A stretch of 64,000 nucleotides of DNA, taken from Nostoc sp. DedSLP01. Lineage in GTDB: Bacteria; Cyanobacteriota; Cyanobacteriia; Cyanobacteriales; Nostocaceae. The translations under genes were made by a program, and so were the position numbers. Under the pieces are notes generated by a model, which was not told where the DNA came from, did no database searches, and was given only the letters and a program-made list of their open reading frames with translations. This document shows, piece after piece, positions 61,937-64,000 of this stretch (positions are counted from its first letter, which is position 1; each line of letters begins with the position of its first letter). The stretch spans positions 128,001 through 192,000 of the forward strand of contig JAVRCJ020000007.1 in the NCBI GenBank assembly GCA_034530875.2, given 5' to 3'.

Positions 61937-63661
61937 ATGCCGACTCAAAAGCCAACCCCTATTGACAGCAGTTCAGAAAGCAAAGAAGTGTCAGCGTCAG
62001 ACCCATTGACAGACGAACTCCCAACCATAGAATTTCCCTCACGAGGGAAACTCAAAGCCAGTTCATGGCGCATTCATCAAAAAATCGGCTATGGCTACTT
62101 TGTGGCTATTGGAATTGGCTTTTTTGGTTCGCTGACAGGGTTGGTAATTGCCAACTATTACCGAGGAAAGGAAGTCAGGCAATTAAATCAGGCCCACGAA
62201 CAAGGACAGCTACTGAGTAATTATAAGGATGCAGTAGTAGGGGCACAATTGCATAGTTCTAACTTGGTTGCTGTGTTAGAAAATCCACAACAGTTGGAAA
62301 GCAAAAAAGCTGATTTCCTCAAAAGTTTTGAAAAAGCCAAGCACCTAGAGTCAAAAATTAACGGCTTTATTGAGAGTAAACCTCGAAGGTTAGCTGCAAC
62401 AAGTTCTACTTTACAGACGTTATTGCAGGATTACAAAATTAATTTAAAAGCTTACGCTGACCAAATTGAGGGAGTTTTAAAGAAAATTGATTCCCAGCCA
62501 GTACAGCCTGAAAAGATTTCGTCAGTACGATCGCAATTATTAACGATCATGCGTAGCCAAACAGCTATGCAGCTAGAGCAGCTTTCGCAAAATTTGACTA
62601 ATATCCTGCAAACTGCTGAAGTTCAAGAGCAAGAAAGGCAAAAAGCTGTTGAGCAGGCAAGAATAGTTGAGCGATTCATTGTGATTGTGAGTATGCTGGT
62701 TTCGGTGGCGATCGCAGCTATTATAGCTTGGCGGACTAGTAGAGCGATCGCTGAGCCAGTAATCGTTGTCACCCAAGTAGCCGAACAAGTGGCGAGGAAA
62801 TCTAATTTCGATTTGCGAGCTCCCATCACCACTGAAGATGAAATTGGTTTACTCGCCAAATCTCTGAACCGTTTGATTGAGGCAGTTTCTGAGCGCACAA
62901 AAGAACTACAACAAGCTAAAGAATTAGCCGAAGCAGCTAGCAACGCAAAAAGCACTTTTTTGGCAAATGTCAGCCATGAATTACGCACACCCTTAAATGC
63001 CGTAATTGGCTTGAGCCAACTTCTAGAAGACGACGCTACAGATCTTGGTTTATCGGCAGACTTTATCACAGACTTAGAAACAATTAACTCTGCTGGCAAA
63101 CATCTACTGCACTTAATTAACGAAATCCTCGACTTGTCAAAAATTGAAGCGGGGAAAATGACTCTCTATCCAGAGACATTCGAGATTGCGATGCTGATTC
63201 ATAATGTTGTCCTGACAGTCAAACCAACTATAGAAAAAAATGCCAATATTTTAGAAGTGGATTTAGACGATGGACTTGGCACGATGTACGCCGATCAAAC
63301 TCGGATGCGCCAGGTGTTATTAAATTTGCTCAGTAATGCTGGTAAATTTACAACAAACGGCAAGGTGACTCTGACAGTTAAAAGAGAAAAGGACGACTAT
63401 AAACCAGAAGCTCCTTTAGGAAGTATTACTTTTACTGTTAGCGACACAGGTATAGGTATGTCCGAGCGTCAAAAGCAGCACTTATTTCAACCTTTTACCC
63501 AAGGGGATACATCGACTACAAAAAGATACGGCGGTACGGGGCTGGGTTTGGCAATTAGCCGTCACTTTTGCCAGATGATGGGCGGTGAAATTATTGTCAG
63601 CAGTCAGCCGGGAGTTGGTTCGACTTTCACGATTCGTCTGCCAATGACTGTGCAGGAATAA
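61937..63661 (+). CDS. Membrane HAMP-domain sensor histidine kinase
   Basis: Two TMs, HAMP (DEIG.LA), [28 protein letters not shown] and [16 protein letters not shown]. Confidence 0.92.
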   Translation: MPTQKPTPIDSSSESKEVSASDPLTDELPTIEFPSRGKLKASSWRIHQKIGYGYFVAIGIGFFGSLTGLVIANYYRGKEVRQLNQAHEQGQLLSNYKDAVVGAQLHSSNLVAVLENPQQLESKKADFLKSFEKAKHLESKINGFIESKPRRLAATSSTLQTLLQDYKINLKAYADQIEGVLKKIDSQPVQPEKISSVRSQLLTIMRSQTAMQLEQLSQNLTNILQTAEVQEQERQKAVEQARIVERFIVIVSMLVSVAIAAIIAWRTSRAIAEPVIVVTQVAEQVARKSNFDLRAPITTEDEIGLLAKSLNRLIEAVSERTKELQQAKELAEAASNAKSTFLANVSHELRTPLNAVIGLSQLLEDDATDLGLSADFITDLETINSAGKHLLHLINEILDLSKIEAGKMTLYPETFEIAMLIHNVVLTVKPTIEKNANILEVDLDDGLGTMYADQTRMRQVLLNLLSNAGKFTTNGKVTLTVKREKDDYKPEAPLGSITFTVSDTGIGMSERQKQHLFQPFTQGDTSTTKRYGGTGLGLAISRHFCQMMGGEIIVSSQPGVGSTFTIRLPMTVQE

Positions 63662-63816
63662 ACTGGGTGAAAGTGCGATGGGGAGATGGGGAGGTGTGGG
63701 AGGTGTGGGAGGTGTGGGAGGTGTGAGAAGTGTGGGAAGCATAAATTCTTTTTCTCGCTTCACTTCCCCCATCTCCCCACACTCCCTGCTTGCCCTATGG
63801 GCCATAGCTAAATTGA

Positions 63817-63999
63817 TTACGAATTAGGTTCGCCAACTAAGACAATTGAACATTTCAATTCTTGAATTATCTGGGTTGTGACTTGGCTAACGGAGAGTCC
63901 GCCGGCTGTGCGATAACGGACAGAACGTAACACGACTAAATCAAAAGCTTGAGCTTGGCGAATTACTGCTTTTGCAACATCATCACCCTTGACGGTTTG
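63817..63999 (-). CDS. 3' end of a gene running off the window; USP-like C-terminus, as in cyanobacterial cation/H+ antiporters
   Basis: Own translation: QTVKGDDVAKAVIRQAQAFDLVVLRSVRYRTAGGLSVSQVTTQIIQELKCSIVLVGEPNS*. Confidence 0.65.
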   Translation of the reverse strand, partial: QTVKGDDVAKAVIRQAQAFDLVVLRSVRYRTAGGLSVSQVTTQIIQELKCSIVLVGEPNS

Positions 64000-64000
64000 A

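Overview
Chromosomal window from a filamentous, probably heterocyst-forming cyanobacterium (Nostoc/Anabaena-like). The assignment rests on abundant HIP1 (GCGATCGC), heptamer/nonamer intergenic tandem repeats and the fraC-fraD septal genes. Most of the window is housekeeping or conserved cyanobacterial genes (fraCD, cobO, psb32, dusB, desC-type desaturase, acsF, mlaFD-like, pyrF-pyrE fusion, murA, SRP RNA, queF, recG, rpsB-tsf, curT), mixed with signalling proteins (two orphan histidine kinases, a Cache-HAMP-PAS-GGDEF-EAL protein) and accessory genes (Rpn-like, Uma2, stand-alone HsdR-N, an internally deleted multicopper oxidase). I found no tRNA, rRNA, CRISPR array or intact transposase. The best lead is a TetR regulator fused to a catalytically eroded tyrosine-recombinase domain, divergent from a desaturase, with a candidate pair of palindromic operators between them. 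Other leads are a 60-aa secreted Gly-Gly/two-Cys peptide, a likely ATT start codon for murA, and modular nested MITE-like/small dispersed repeats, one lying in frame in recG. All family calls come from reading the sequence by eye; no searches were run.
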